A stretch of DNA of 64,000 bases from Chrysomallon squamiferum. Its lineage: Eukaryota; Animalia; Mollusca. The first letter of the stretch is position 1; each line of letters opens with the position of its first letter. The position numbers were made by a program, and so were the translations under genes. Of the stretch, positions 1 through 18,646 are shown one piece after another. The notes beneath the pieces were generated by a model. It was not told the origin of the DNA, made no database searches, and saw nothing but the letters and a program-made list of their open reading frames with translations. Where the stretch lies: NCBI GenBank assembly GCA_012295275.1, contig CM022670.1, positions 42,098,001 to 42,162,000 of the forward strand, in the 5' to 3' direction.

Positions 1-427
1 CTGAGTTCTGCTGTCTTACCTGGATTTACACCTGTGTTTCAACTGAATTCATATCAGTAATATATGTTTCTATATCATAGTTAATTACTCTATCTGTATA
101 CCTGTGTCACACCTGTGTTCATAATTGTCTTACTTACTTGGCAAAGTTAATACATTGAATATCTATATGAAATATTATCTGGAACCATGGTCACATCTAT
201 AAACATACAGCCTATTGCAAGTACTGAAACTGTGCACAAACGTCTGACACCTATCTGAGATAAGTTTACCATAAAATAAGCTCAAAAATACAAGTCAGTT
301 TTAAGAGAAAGTGCTCACTGGAGTAGAGGGCATGTGTCATTGTTGCCAGACCGTAGCTACATCACTGTCTGTAACATGTGTAAAGTGATTATATGTAATG
401 ATTAAGAAAGAACTCAACATGTTTTAC

Positions 428-1461
428 CTGACAAGCCTCTAAGTGGCCTGCAAATGCTGCCCGATATAATGGAGTCCTCTGAAACTGACCTCGACTGTTT
501 GGGTTAGCTCCCTTGTCTAACAGAAGTTTAATTGTGTCTGCATGTCCCCCACCTGTTAAACAACATTATTTATTAAGGTAAAAGCAAACAAGCTATCAGA
601 AAAGTCAGGCTTTATACTAAATGTTTCAGTTGTACACACTGAAGAGTACTTGAAATTTAAACACAAGAAATTTCCATGTAAAACTGATCTGATTTTTAGG
701 TAATACTAAAGTAAAACAAACAGTGATAGTTATACATTTATGATGAAACCATGCAAGACATTAAGAATTGTTTTATTTATTTATTTATTTATTTTTTGAA
801 ATTCATTGTTTTTATTTGAAATTTATTTCAATTATTCATTCCTTTTTTGTGTGTGCATTTTAAAATACCTTTCTATAATACAGTGAAAAAAATCTTGAAA
901 ATGTTCTTTTAAAAATGTTTAGTGTGAATTATTTTTATGATTCAATTTGAGTGCTGTGAATGAATATGTGTAGTTCAGGTCTATGTCTTATGTCTTATCA
1001 ACAGAAGTTTTGATAAATTCAGGGAATGATTTTTGTTCTGCTGCCAGGGCAACTGCAGAAAGGTCATAAAATAATGTCCATTTTAACTTGACAATTTTCT
1101 TCCAACTCACTGTCTAGTTAAAAAATAATGTCACAATCGTTCAAACAGTACTTTCTTTTTATTAATCCCAAGAAGTAACACTAGCAAACTATAAATCTTA
1201 ACAAATATTTTTTTTAAAAAATTAAATTAAATAAATCTGCTGACATGACACAGACCTCAACTAAAAGATAAATCAACTTGTTTATATATTTACTTGCTGC
1301 CTCGGAGAGAGGTGTATTTTCATTGGCATCTTCACAGTCAATCATAGCAAGAAAGTGACGATTTCGTATTGCTTTACCAATAACATCATGTCCAACGCCA
1401 TTTTTATCATCCATCTCAGACACCTTTTAAATAGCTTACTTTTTATCGTGAATTATACATA

Positions 1462-1510
<49 letters not shown>

Positions 1511-3449
1511 GTGTGATTTATAAAAGTAATATTCTTCAGATAATCATCATAATGGTATCATATTTAATAATAGGTTATTTAGAATTGTGATTTCTAAAGC
1601 TATTTTTATCACTCATCTTGGAAACCTTTTAAATATATAACATTTTATCATGAATTATATGCAATATACATGTATAACCATATAATTTATTTCAAAATAG
1701 TGATTTCATATTTAATACATGTTATTTAGCATTGTGATTTCTAAAGAAAATGAAATAATCTGTTTTAAAACTGTTTTCTAATTTGTATTTAATTTGTTAA
1801 GAATGGTAACTTAACATTTATATAGAATTGTAATTTCTAAAGAGACAAATTCAAATACCTCTTTTAGAATTGTAAAGATTTCTTCATTGTCACCATCAAA
1901 TGCTGCCTCTAGAAATCTTTTTCTTCTTTTCTTCTCTTCTGCTTTTCTCTTCCTTTCTTCTTCTTCCTTCTTCCGTTCACGTTCTGCCTCTTCTTGTTGC
2001 ATCCTCACAACTTGCACATAAGCCTAATGTAAAATGTTTATTTTATTTATTAGCATATTAACGTGAATCATTTATTTATAAACTTGTGTTAATATGAAAC
2101 ATTTATTTCATTTTTGATATGAAATTTTTTTTATTTATTAATGTGAAACATATATTTTATTTATTAACATATGTTAATGTGAAATATTTGGTTTATTTAT
2201 TGCCATCTCTTAAACTAAAACATTCATTTATTAATACCTCTTAATGTAAAATATTTATTTTATTTCTTAAAATACCTTAATGTAAAACACTGATTTTATA
2301 TGTCTTAATGTTAAATATTTATTTTATTATTAAAATAGATCAGTGTAAAACGTTTATATTTATTAACAGACATCAATGTGAAACATTTATTTTATTTATT
2401 AACATAAAATATTTATTTTATTAACATGTTAATGTAAAACATTATCATATTTTTTTACCCTACTTTTTCTCTGCATATCTGTGATTATATTTGTTTCTCT
2501 GTTAGTGTCTATGTGTGTTTTAATGTGTATGCAAATAAGTATATTTATTGATGTGTGTATGTTTATTTCATGTTTATGTGTGTGTTGTGTGTATATGATG
2601 TGTTTGTATCTGTATGTTAATGTCTATATGTTTTTTTATGTTGCCATTATTTGTATGTTGATATGTGTGAGTTTGGTGTATATTTGTGTGTGTGTGTGGG
2701 TGTTTGTGTGTGTGTTGTGTTCCATGATGTGTTTCTGTGTGTATTAATGCATAAAGTATATCTAAAAAGTTGAAGAGTTGAAATGACTTGTGGTTCATCA
2801 ATACATCTGTTTTATCTTAAAAATACATTAATATACTTGAAATAGGACTACTGTTACGGGTGAAAACAAATTAAACAACCTCTCTTTCAAGTTTTTCCAT
2901 TAATTCTTCATATTGCTGTTTTTCTTTCTTCTTTCTTTCAAGAAGATTTTTAGCATAATACTGTCTGAACTTGGTCTGAATCTTTTTAGCAGCCTCATCT
3001 TCTTTGGTCCAAACCTTTCCTTTAGGTTTCTCTACAACTTTAGTTGTTGAATTTTTTCCTTTGACAGCTGGACTTGCAGGCTTCTTTGCACCTGAATTGT
3101 TATACTCATACTTACATTATCGTACACACTCAGACAATTGAAACATACGCGTGCGCTCATTAATATACATACACATGGAAATGTTTATATATTTTACAAA
3201 AAGTTTGCAATATAAAACATACATCAGTTTTACTGCTGTTATTTTTTTAAAATAATTTATTATGTTATACTTGCATATCATAATAAAGTAATTATAAAAT
3301 GTTAATATTAAATAACCTTCATTCAAATCACTTTAAAGTTTAATATTTAAACAAAGAATACCAGCTGCAGCAGGAGTAATTTTTTTATTTGCAGCTCCTC
3401 TTCCTGCAGCAGGTTTCGTTTTGACCGGAACAGGTTTTTTAGGCGGCAT
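428..3449 (-). CDS. IQANK1: IQ motif and ankyrin repeat domain-containing protein (IQANK1-like), 5' part; gene continues beyond the left edge of the window
   Basis: Exons 3449-3362, 3091-2880, 2023-1859, 1423-1294 and 552-428 are GT-AG bounded and join in frame (240 codons). Translation: MPPKKPVPVK..., IQ motif AAKKIQTKFRQYYAK, charged coiled coil (EAERERKKEEEERKRK), then ankyrin repeats (FLEAAFDGD; NENTPLSEAASGGHADTIKLLLDKGANPN; QRTPLYRAAFAGHLEAC). Symbol from recalled domain architecture. Confidence 0.8.
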
Positions 3450-3685
3450 GACATACGTTTAATTTAGAGAAGAATATTTAATTCAGCTAACACTAATTAG
3501 TAAGGTTGTCGGCCATAATGTCAACAAAGCAGTCCCGCACGTGGTGATTCGACAGACGTAGATAATGATTGGTGTAAAATAAATTTTGCCTGATTCCGGT
3601 ATAACCGGAAGAGTTGAGGACACTGCAATGTAAACTATGAGCAGACGTAGATGAATGCAACTCAGAAATAGTGAATTCATTCAAA
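3450..3685. promoter_or_regulatory. Bidirectional promoter between the IQANK1-like gene and SREK1IP1
   Basis: The divergent ATGs are about 236 bp apart. Inverted ETS/GABP-type pair TTCCGGT-ATA-ACCGGAA(G) at 3594-3611 and a reverse CCAAT (GATTGG) at about 3567-3572. Confidence 0.6.
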
Positions 3686-8095
<4,410 letters not shown>

Positions 8096-8984
8096 ATGTT
8101 TGTTTACATGTTCATAGGATGTTTCATCGATGCACTAACATCAACAAACAAAAAACACGTAAACACTTGTGTATGTTTTATTCATTGACATTTTCCAGTA
8201 CGGATTTTTTCTCATCTGTTTGTTTGAAAATTGTTTTAGTTAGATATTTTATTGTGTTAGTAAATACGTGGTATCACAGTGTATTGTTGATTAATAAAGA
8301 TTAACAAAAAGTGTTTTTTTTTATTTAATAAGAACTGTTTAATGGAAAAAGCAAGTCACTGGCCTTGAAATATTATTATTGAATGCAGAAATGTATTGGT
8401 ATATTATATAAAAATGATAATGATTTTATGCATATTTGGATGGGCTGTTATTTTCTTGAAGATGGCCACCTAGTCAGAATGTAGTCCAAACTAGTAGGAC
8501 TTAGAACACAGAACATGTTTTATGATGTTAGAAAAAACCTATTAAATGTTTTAATATTAAATATGTGTGGACCTTTTATTATTATTATCATCATTTATAA
8601 TTTGTAGTTTTTATTTTTTTATTATTATTATTAATTTGTTTTTACTACACACATTATCATTCTGCTGTAGTATTCTAATTTGGAAGAAAAAGTTTTCTCA
8701 TGAAACAAAATCATTACTGTTGAAATTAACTGCATTTCTTGTCCATTGAACACTGCTTCACCCTGTGCTGAATGAATGTCACATTCAAAATACATTTATC
8801 TATACTCAAAATGTTATAAGATATTTCTAAAAATCTAATTCTAACTTTAGGTACTTGCGAGAATAAGATGAAAATGAACAAAAACAAGGAAATTTAATCA
8901 CAAGTGAAGAGTGAATGATACTGAAATAATTAACAGTACAATTTTTAGTTTTTAGGGTAAGATTTTGTAACTGTACTATTATTA

Positions 8985-10038
8985 TACAGTCACCCAAAAT
9001 GAATGATACCTATAGAAGTGATCATTTCCACAACTGATGAGAGATTTTACTTATTTTTCACACAAATTTATCTTAGTCGATAACAATTCAGTCCTGAACC
9101 TTTGGGTTCTTAACATCAATTGGGCTGTCATTTATGCTTGTTCCAATGTGTTCGACATGCCCACTTTGATGACGTATACACTCCTGAATGCAGTTTGCAA
9201 AATTATCAATCACACAGACACACTCCTCTCTTGGGATAGCCTAATATTTGTGGTGATTTCTATTTTCAAGTCCCTGATTGTCTGGCGGTTGGTTTCAAAA
9301 ACAATGTCCTTCAGAGAGCCCTGTAGGTAGAAATCTGGGGGGTTCAGGTCAGATGAGTGTGGGTTCCACTGAGGATCACATCTACTGATCAGCCAATACA
9401 CAAATCATTGCTGCAGCCATGCCAACATTTGGTTTGAAGTATGGGGGGTTACCATGTACTGCTGAAACCATTGGTCCTCTCAATTGATGCCTCTACGTCT
9501 CCCTAGAGCAGTCCAAAACTTCCTCATGACCTCAACATAATGTTCCAAGTTCACCCTGAGAGACTATTCAGTTTTGTCTTCAAACCAAAAAGGTCTAATG
9601 ATGCCATGCTTAGAAATGGCCACCCATGCAGTGCTTTTTATCAAATGTAATGGATGCTGGAGGACATCCTCTAGTGGTACTGTACCCCAGAAAACACAGT
9701 TTTTGCTGATGACATGACCTGACAGGAGAAAATTTGCCTTATCAGAGAACCACCCATCATCAAGAAAGTCCAGATTCGTTTCAATCTGTTCACAGAAACA
9801 TCGACACATGACAACTCTTTTAACCTGGTCTCCTTACCTCAGCTTCTGTTTAATCTTGTAAAGGTACACTTTTAGCACAGTGCACTTGCTCTTGAATTTA
9901 TTGACCCATCTGTTGATCATGGGTTTATTTGAATAAGGGTTGAAATTGAAATGCCTCCGAAATTTTGCCTCACAGTTTTTAGACTGTCTTAAAACAAGTC
10001 TCCACTCAAAAAGTCTTTTGTTCAGTTGTCCAAGGCAT
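8985..10038 (-). mobile_element. Decayed Tc1/mariner-superfamily transposon (rosa/DD41D-like transposase)
   Basis: Broken minus-strand frames: MPWTTEQKTF..., WFSDKANFLLSGHVISKNCVFWG, WVAISKHGIIRPFWFE, WFQQ...PHTS, WNPHSSDLNPPDFYLQGSLKDIVF, with stops and frameshifts. About 40 residues separate the second and third catalytic positions. One candidate terminus TA|CAGTCACCC at about 8985; the partner TIR was not found. Confidence 0.8.
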
Positions 10039-10694
10039 TTTTCAGAAACTTCTACTGTTGATCCTTACTGTTATCTCCTCCTCTTGTAGAAGTGGCCACT
10101 GGTTATCAACAAGGGATTTGTGTTATATACCTTCTCATACACACCTGTCATCTCATAACTGATAAGGATTCCCAGTAATAAAACTGGAAAATAAAAGCTC
10201 ATGAGGAATGTCATTTATTCAAGTCAAATAAATATTTTTGAATCTCTTGACATAACAAATCTTTATAAAATACTTCATTCTTGTTTTATTTTTTACCACT
10301 TTTTCTCTCGGTATGAAATGATGCTGCAATCAATTTATACATCCTGAAGTGCTTATTTTGTAATACTTCATTACTTTAGTAGGATTATTATGATGCCAAG
10401 ACTATAAATTCATAAACGTAAAGCCAAAGCCAACATTCACTATTTTGAAAATAACAAAAACACAACAGCCTTTCATACATTATTTCATTTTTATTCATGA
10501 TAAAGATTACCATTAGAACCTGACTTTCATTTCTTTTCGATGTAAACTGATCATTTTTGATTTAAAAGACTTCATTTATTTGCATACATCAATTTCACAG
10601 AAATAGTTTATAAGTCTCATATTCTATGCCATCACACTTCACATTAATTATACTTTCTGTTAAAAAGGTCTGTGTTTACAATGTCAACTTGTCC

Positions 10695-13562
10695 CTAAAG
10701 AGAATCATTCCTTTTAGTGCAGTATTTTTTAACATGACGACTAAAATTTGATCTGTCAGCAAATGACTGAAAACAAGATGGACACTTGTAAGGTTTTTCT
10801 CCTGTGTGGGTTCTCTGGTGTATCAACATTTCAGTTAGACGAATAAAGGCTTTGTCACACATGCTGCATTTGTGAGGACGTTCTTTTGTGTGAGTTCTCA
10901 TCGAGTGACTCTTGAGAGCAGATGATGTTGTAAAGCCTCTGTCACACAGGTCACATTTGAATGGCCGTTCGCCAGTGTGAATTCTCATATGTTGTTGCAA
11001 GCTCCCTGACTGGAGGAATCCTGCACCACACACTTCACATATAAACTGCTTGTCTTGTGTGTGAGTCCTCACATGAAGTTTCAAAAGAGAATCGTAGGCA
11101 AATCGTTTACTACAAATTTCACATTCAAATGGAAGATTACCAGCATGTTGCATCATGTGAGTTTTCAGGTTGGTTGCTTGGTTGAATCCTTTACCACATA
11201 GCTGACAGACATACGGACGTTCACCTGTATGCGTTCTCATGTGGATCTTGAGTTTTGCTGATCTAGTGAAGGACTTGTCACACAAGTTACACTTGTATGG
11301 ACGATCACCAGTGTGAGATCTCATGTGAATAGTGAGAGAGCCTGATTCATAGAACTGTTTTGGACACAAATCACATTTAAATGACTTGATTCCAGTGTGA
11401 ATTCGTTTGTGAAGTATGAGAGATGAAATCTGTGGGAAACATTTATCACAAACATCACAGCAATACGGTTTCTCCCCAGTGTGTGTTCTCATGTGAACTT
11501 TTAAATGATTCTTACGTCCAAACGTTTTACTGCACACATCACACTGCAGAATTTGCTTGTTAACATTTTTCTTTTTAATATATTTAATTTTGTCCTCGAA
11601 TAAACTAGTCTGGATTTGACTGGATATCTGGTTTTTATTCCTGAAATCTGCATGTGAGACAAAAACTTTACCTAACTCGGTGTTACTAGTAGTAAAGGAA
11701 GTGTCTGTTTCTGTTTTGAACAATACTTGTAGCTTAGAATGACAACACTGCTCATCATTTTCTGTTGGTTCTGCCTTTATGTGAACTTCATCCTCGTCAG
11801 AGTCCCTTTTAATTAATTTCTGCTTTCTAAGGTGATGGATAGGATGAATGTGCTGATTTTCTTCATCTTGCTCATGCTGATAACTGCAGGAAACAGAATA
11901 ATACTGTCCAGACTGATAGTTGCCCTGATTTGAATCATCCTGTACAGACTGACAGCTGCAATGATTGGAATTATCTTTTACAGATTGATGGATGCAGTGA
12001 TTTGAATTATCCTCTACATCTTTCTGACAGTCAACATCATCTTGAACAGACTGACAAAGAGCTGTATTAGGCTGGTGCTCACAAGAATCATGTTCCTCTT
12101 TCTCGTGGTTATGAAAATCAAGTTTACTTTCTTCACCTGAAAGTGAGACATCAGTGTCTTCTGACAGAGATCCTGACTCCACCTTTATGTAGTCATCATG
12201 ACAGTGTAAACCAGAGATTTCAGATACATCTGCATTTGAATTGACATATTCCACAGCACTCATATTAGTATCTTCTGTCTGTTGGACAGTACTTGGAATG
12301 ACTGGTGCTGAAATGCACATTTGTGTAAAATTTTGGTTTTGGGATGAAATACTGGGTGAAGAAGATACTGATTCACAATGATTCCTACTTTTTAGTGGAG
12401 ATAAATTGAAAGTCTGTGATGTGCAAGCTTTCACTGATGATTTATTTACACAAGATACTGCTTTATTCTGTCCAGGCAAAGACATAAAATCTGTTGCCTT
12501 CCAACTGACATTTTCTTCATTAATGTACAGAGCTTGTTTCTGCCAATCCCAATATCGAAGTCGTTTGCCTGACCCTCCTGTTTTCATATTGATGTCATTA
12601 AGTCTCTTACGAACATGATTTTTTTTGTGTCTCCTCAGGTTCCTGTCATCAGAAAACTGTTGTCCACATTCCAAACATTTGTAAGGTTTTTCACCAGAAT
12701 GTGTCCTCATATGAAGTTTTCTTGATGTTGACAGGGAAAATGACTTCCCACACTGATTACAAACATATGGTTTTTCACCAGTATGTGTCTTCATGTGTTT
12801 GCGCAATTCTGAAGCCATTATATAACTCCTACCACAGATGTCACAAGTGAACGATCTGTCACCTATGTGTCGTCTTTTGTGAATTTTCAGTTTGCTGTTG
12901 TCACTAAACGATTTTCCACACAAGTCACACATAAATGGTTTCTCACCGGTATGCACACGTATGTGATAGTTGAGCAATGATTCATGGGTAAATTTCTTGT
13001 GACATGTTTGACACTTAAATGGCAAGTCACCTCGATGATGTCTCATGTGAGTTCTCAGATTTGTTGACTGGGCAAACTGTTTGCCACAAATTTCACAGAC
13101 ATATGGATGTTCACCAGTGTGAATTCGCATATGCAAATTACGCTGGTTACACTGAGTAAATGTTTTCTGGCAAACATCACACTTGAATGGCCGATCTCCA
13201 GTGTGAATTTTCATATGTCTGGAACATTCTGGTTTATTATAGAAACATTTGTCACAAAAAGAACACTTAATAGTTTTTACTCCTGTGTGAATCTTTTTAT
13301 GAGTATTAAGTGATGAGACCTGAGCAAATGTTTTGTTACAAACATCACACTGATAGGGTTTTTCACCTGTGTGTACACGCATGTGTGCTTTCATGTGTGA
13401 GGTACGCCTAAACTGCCTGCTGCACACATCACAAACCAGAACCAAGAGTTTTCTTTTCAACTTAGTCTTTGATTTAACTCCCCTACCTAATTTCTTTTTG
13501 TCCTTTTTTAATTTTGAAGAGCTGTTTTCCATATTTGTTATTTCTTTAGTTTGCTGGTGCAT
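10695..13562 (-). CDS. C2H2 zinc-finger protein, 955 aa, two arrays of 10 fingers separated by a roughly 350-aa acidic/Ser/Gln-rich linker
   Basis: Uninterrupted ORF with 20 CxxC-x12-H fingers (the last is C2HC) and TGEKPY-type linkers. A splice acceptor (TTTCAG) near 13578 just upstream of the ATG implies a non-coding first exon. SUMO-consensus motifs IKVE, IKAE and FKTE lie in the linker. Confidence 0.93.
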   Translation of the reverse strand: MHQQTKEITNMENSSSKLKKDKKKLGRGVKSKTKLKRKLLVLVCDVCSRQFRRTSHMKAHMRVHTGEKPYQCDVCNKTFAQVSSLNTHKKIHTGVKTIKCSFCDKCFYNKPECSRHMKIHTGDRPFKCDVCQKTFTQCNQRNLHMRIHTGEHPYVCEICGKQFAQSTNLRTHMRHHRGDLPFKCQTCHKKFTHESLLNYHIRVHTGEKPFMCDLCGKSFSDNSKLKIHKRRHIGDRSFTCDICGRSYIMASELRKHMKTHTGEKPYVCNQCGKSFSLSTSRKLHMRTHSGEKPYKCLECGQQFSDDRNLRRHKKNHVRKRLNDINMKTGGSGKRLRYWDWQKQALYINEENVSWKATDFMSLPGQNKAVSCVNKSSVKACTSQTFNLSPLKSRNHCESVSSSPSISSQNQNFTQMCISAPVIPSTVQQTEDTNMSAVEYVNSNADVSEISGLHCHDDYIKVESGSLSEDTDVSLSGEESKLDFHNHEKEEHDSCEHQPNTALCQSVQDDVDCQKDVEDNSNHCIHQSVKDNSNHCSCQSVQDDSNQGNYQSGQYYSVSCSYQHEQDEENQHIHPIHHLRKQKLIKRDSDEDEVHIKAEPTENDEQCCHSKLQVLFKTETDTSFTTSNTELGKVFVSHADFRNKNQISSQIQTSLFEDKIKYIKKKNVNKQILQCDVCSKTFGRKNHLKVHMRTHTGEKPYCCDVCDKCFPQISSLILHKRIHTGIKSFKCDLCPKQFYESGSLTIHMRSHTGDRPYKCNLCDKSFTRSAKLKIHMRTHTGERPYVCQLCGKGFNQATNLKTHMMQHAGNLPFECEICSKRFAYDSLLKLHVRTHTQDKQFICEVCGAGFLQSGSLQQHMRIHTGERPFKCDLCDRGFTTSSALKSHSMRTHTKERPHKCSMCDKAFIRLTEMLIHQRTHTGEKPYKCPSCFQSFADRSNFSRHVKKYCTKRNDSL

Positions 13563-14358
13563 CCAGTCTGACAGTTCTGAAATAATAAAAGTTATATTTA
13601 TAACTACTGTAAAAATAAACTATGTGAATACTGAATGTATATTTTATTAACATGGCAATATGTGGATAAAATGACAAACCCAGTTAAAATATACGGTAAG
13701 AGTTCACCACAGAGCCACCAGTCTATTTTTTTTTTCTTTTATTTTTTTTTAAATGAAACTTATAAGCTATATATAAATTCAGTTTGTTCTCAAATACTGA
13801 TGAACTGATAATTTTAATAATAACCTGTATCAGTTTCAAATAATCTTGATAAACTCTTTATTATTCACCATCACTCTGCTTGCAGTTCTTCATCTGAATG
13901 ACACTGAATATGAAATGACTTCTGAAATGAAAAAGTTTGGTTGTGACAAAATTTGAAGATAACAGCTTGTTCGTCTTATTACTCAATATTTTCTGTTGTG
14001 TTAATAAATCATTATTCATCTGTTTGTAAGAATAATGTAAAAATACAAGCATAAAATAAAATTTCAGATGCAAATAATGCAAAACCAGTTAGCTTATGAA
14101 CAGACTATTACATTTAGTAAAACAAATAGATATATTTGTATGTCAACTATGCATGGCTGTACGCTGTCACACGAATTGTCTATATATGTGTGTATGTATA
14201 CATATATGCATGCATACATACATACATACATACATACATACATACATGCATACATACATATAAAATTACACAAACACACACATTAAAATTTGCTATATTA
14301 ACAACAATTTGTTTGTCTGACAAGATATGTGCAACCTGTAAGATTTGTTAATTAAAAT

Positions 14359-14408
<50 letters not shown>

Positions 14409-15375
14409 TGATTAATATACAATATATTGTAAAAATAAAACTTAGGTTGTGAGTTTTGTATAGCATACCACTAGTAATTATGTTAATGCATGGATAAAGT
14501 TAAATAATTAGGGAACAGTTTTAAAAAATGTCATCAGTCTTGTTTTACTTTCTTCTCTTTCTAAAATTAATATTTATATATGTAATCACTATGTCCAGTT
14601 TGTTTACAAATACAAGTTATCTAAGTATCATGTAACATCTTAGTGGCTTGTTATTTCATCTGTAGATAATTTTGATAATATTAATAATCTGATCTCCGTC
14701 CTCATGAATCTGTTTTCATTTTCCAGATTTTGTTAACTATTCAGATGTTTTGGATTTCCAACAAAATGAACACGTCTGACCGCTGGTCAAATTTAAATAA
14801 ATACAACTCTTACTTGTATTATTATATAGAATTAACTGAATACATAGTATATAATAATATATTTATATTTATATAAATACAGCTCTTATTTGTATTATTA
14901 TATAAAAATAACTGAATACATAGTATAAATGTATTAACCACACTTAATGTTACTACAGTCTTACTAGTTCATTAATCAATAACTGACTCACAAACAAACT
15001 AATCTACTTATTAATTTATCCCCTCTACATAGTTTGTGTCTTTACGAAATTGAGTTATTCATTGACAAAACTCATCATTTCAATTTTCATGACTTGAATG
15101 ACATAATTTATTCTTTATGACCATTCGATCCGAAACTATAGATCAATAACTGACATTATATGAAACTAAACAGCGAGGTTACGGAATAAAATAATTTCTT
15201 TAACACTGTTTCAAAGACACTGTCACAATTGTGTCTGCGAGCGTAGCGTCCCAAACTGTTTCCGCTGAAGTTTTGTTCGTATTGTTTCCCGCCGTGATTT
15301 TTAGTGGAACTTGTTTCTTATGCAGTGTGATTTGCGGTGAAGAAATAAAAAAAAAAAAAAAATAAAAAATAAACA

Positions 15376-15414
<39 letters not shown>

Positions 15415-15558
15415 AATAAATAAATAAATGTAATTTGTTTGTTTGTTTGTTGCTGTTTATTTTTTATTGTTTATTTCTTCTTTTTTTTGAATTTTTCGCT
15501 GGAATAACTGTATAATATTTTACAAATATAATGATATCGTTATTCCTTCTTTAAACAA

Positions 15559-15589
<31 letters not shown>

Positions 15590-15785
15590 AATTCTTAGTG
15601 TTGGAAATGCAATCAACACTGCAGTCTAAGTAGTGAAACATCCAAGCCTATCTATTTAAGATAAGATAAACGACACAAATACAACATGAGCCGCCTAGTA
15701 GTGTGGGCTGTGTTTTTCGTGAGAACTATCACCAGTTTCAGACCAGTCTGTCTAATCGGTCGAAAAGTGACTATAAAAAAATCAA

Positions 15786-15826
<41 letters not shown>

Positions 15827-16731
15827 CTGCTTTTGTTAGTGTTATATATATATCTAGACAGATAGATAGACAGACAGACATATAGAAAGATACACAGATA
15901 GGCAGATAGATAGGTATAAATCATATAAAATTACATAAGCCAATAAGCTTGTTAAACTTATTAAATCAACGAGCTTTTGTTTATCGACTTCAGCCATTTT
16001 TCCAGAACTCGGCGCCGCTCATAAATAATTTCTAATTACCATGAACACTATCTATGTATCTGTCTGTCTGTCTGTCTATCTGTCTATATATATAAATTCT
16101 GAATCGTTAATGTATTTATATGTTTGCATATATGCTCGTAAATGAATATTTCCCGGCAGTCAGGGGACGGCAATGATGGCGATCAGTTCGCCTGTGATGT
16201 ATGACCTCGTGTGTGTTCGTACCAGTATCTGTATGTTAGTGTGTGGAAGAATACGTATTTGCGTGAGTACATCTGTCAGTGTATAGATATGCATCTGTAC
16301 TAGCGTGCGTGTTGAAAAGGATCACTATTAAGATTGATACAAGTACATTTTGTATTCCTTAATGTTTAGAGTTTATTAAAAATGAAGTGTTGTCATTGTA
16401 AATATGTTTTTACTACTGCTACTATTACCACAACAGCAACTACAGCACTAACTACTGCTGTTGCTATTACAGCTACTACTATTTCTACTACTTCTACTAC
16501 TACTACTACCACCACTACAATAACAGCTACTACTATTATTACTGCTACTACCATTATTAACCTGTTAATACTAACGACTATTACTATTAAAGCTTCTACT
16601 GCTACACCTACTACAATTACTGATAATAAATAAATAAATAAAAGTTTGTTTTGTAATTAATTAACGCAGTCTTAAAACATTTGGAGCTTTACACATTTCT
16701 AAAAATATTCATCAAAAGTAATTAACGAGAT

Positions 16732-16810
<79 letters not shown>

Positions 16811-17783
16811 ATTTCTGATATTGCTTCTTCAATGTGTTGCGTCATTGTTACATATATATCATCATGTTCTAAAAATAAGCTATGTCTGTTTTACGGGGTT
16901 CCGGGAATTTGGTACATATTCTGAAACATCAAGTGTGATCCTTCTTTGTAATAAGATTTTAGGAAAAACCAAAAACTGAGAATCTGCTTCTTACCGGGGT
17001 TTTCTTCTAGAACATTTCACAATTCCGGGTAACTTGTCATAGCAATATCCCCACCCCCACCGACATGTCTATATATTTTCCCGAATCATTCTCTCATATA
17101 CATGTACAAACTTACTGTTTTATTGAAGCTTTCACGTGTTTTTTTTTATTTTAGAAGTTTCTAATTTTTATTCTGATGTCAAAATGATGACAATAGATCG
17201 TGATAAATTTAATGTGCGAAGTTTAAAATCTTGTTTATTTGATGACGTCGTGGTAAGCAGGCAGTGGAGAACGTACTAGGAAGAGTTTGTTCTGGGTAAT
17301 CCATTACCTGTTAATTGTTATGTCGTATTACAGTTTGATACGCCTTTGATTATCACTACATACGTTGATCAAATAATAAATCAAATAGATACTTTAGTTG
17401 ATAAATGACATGTACACTTCTTACGTTTATGAAAAATAATGTAACACATCTGTTCAATGTCAGTGAAATCAGGGGCGTGACGTAATAATCTGACAAACCT
17501 ATTTTTTCTATTTCTATTAACTACGTAATTGACTGTGTACAGATAAATACAGTTAGTATGACCCGAATGCATCATAACGATTCCACGTGCTTTTCAACGT
17601 TTTCAAAACACTGACCGCTTTTAATCTGAGTTAATACTTCTAATAATTACAATGTAATACTTGGAGAAAACGAGGTAATGTTGACGATATTATACTTCGA
17701 TAAAACGAGGTAATGTTGACGATGATACATACGTAAGACATCAGGCCAAAGCACTAAATGCACGATATTCTAAGTCATTGCAG

Positions 17784-17880
17784 AAATAACAGTGTGACAA
17801 AGTCACGTATTTAAATAACAGTGTGACAGAGTCACATATTTAAATAACAGTGTGACAAAATCACATATTTAAATAACAGT
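17784..17880. repeat. 29-bp minisatellite, about 3 copies
   Basis: Unit AAATAACAGTGTGACAAAGTCACGTATTT repeated in tandem. Confidence 0.7.
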
Positions 17881-18017
17881 TTTGAAAATAAACACTGCTG
17901 CCTACAAACATTTTTGACGTTTATTTTCTGTGTTATTTATCTTGATCATCTAACTTGACTACATGCATGTTGTTTTTGTTTGTTATTTTTGTTTGGCTTT
18001 TGCCTGTTTTCTTTATT

Positions 18018-18055
<38 letters not shown>

Positions 18056-18356
18056 TTTCTTTTTGCTGTAGGCTGTTGCCACTAAGCATTACCTGTCATA
18101 ATTTTTTTTTTTTTTTATACACACACACACACACATATAAATTACATAACTGTAAAAAAGTTAGTATGCAGTTATGACGTGAATATGTATGTGTGGTATG
18201 TGTAAATATCAGAGTGTATATTAGTATGATGTTTGCGTGTGAATGTATTTGTAAGAACATGTGTATATCAATACCTATGTGCTTGTGTGTCGATGTGTAT
18301 GCATGTGTATAAAATATGGCGTGTATATATTTTTGCACATTATATATATGTGAATA

Positions 18357-18407
<51 letters not shown>

Positions 18408-18646
18408 AATAAATAATGATCACTTGACTTATTTTAATAAATATACATTTTTTTATTTTTTTATTTTATTTTTCTGTTTTATTGTTATTGTTATTATTAT
18501 ATCTTTCTGTTCACTGGTTGATCGTTCTGCCCAAGCTGACGGATGTTACACTTTCCACTGTTTAACTGAAGTAATTTATGAAATTTTGTTTTTGATCAGA
18601 CAAATTAAATTACGTGTTGAGGTATCGTCGGATGGAGGGGAGATTG

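Noticed and set aside
12406-13650. Plus-strand ORFs overlapping the zinc-finger gene, and the similar minus-strand ORF at 31399-31701
   Set aside because: Antisense shadows of real coding sequence; their mutual similarity simply reflects the duplicated linker.
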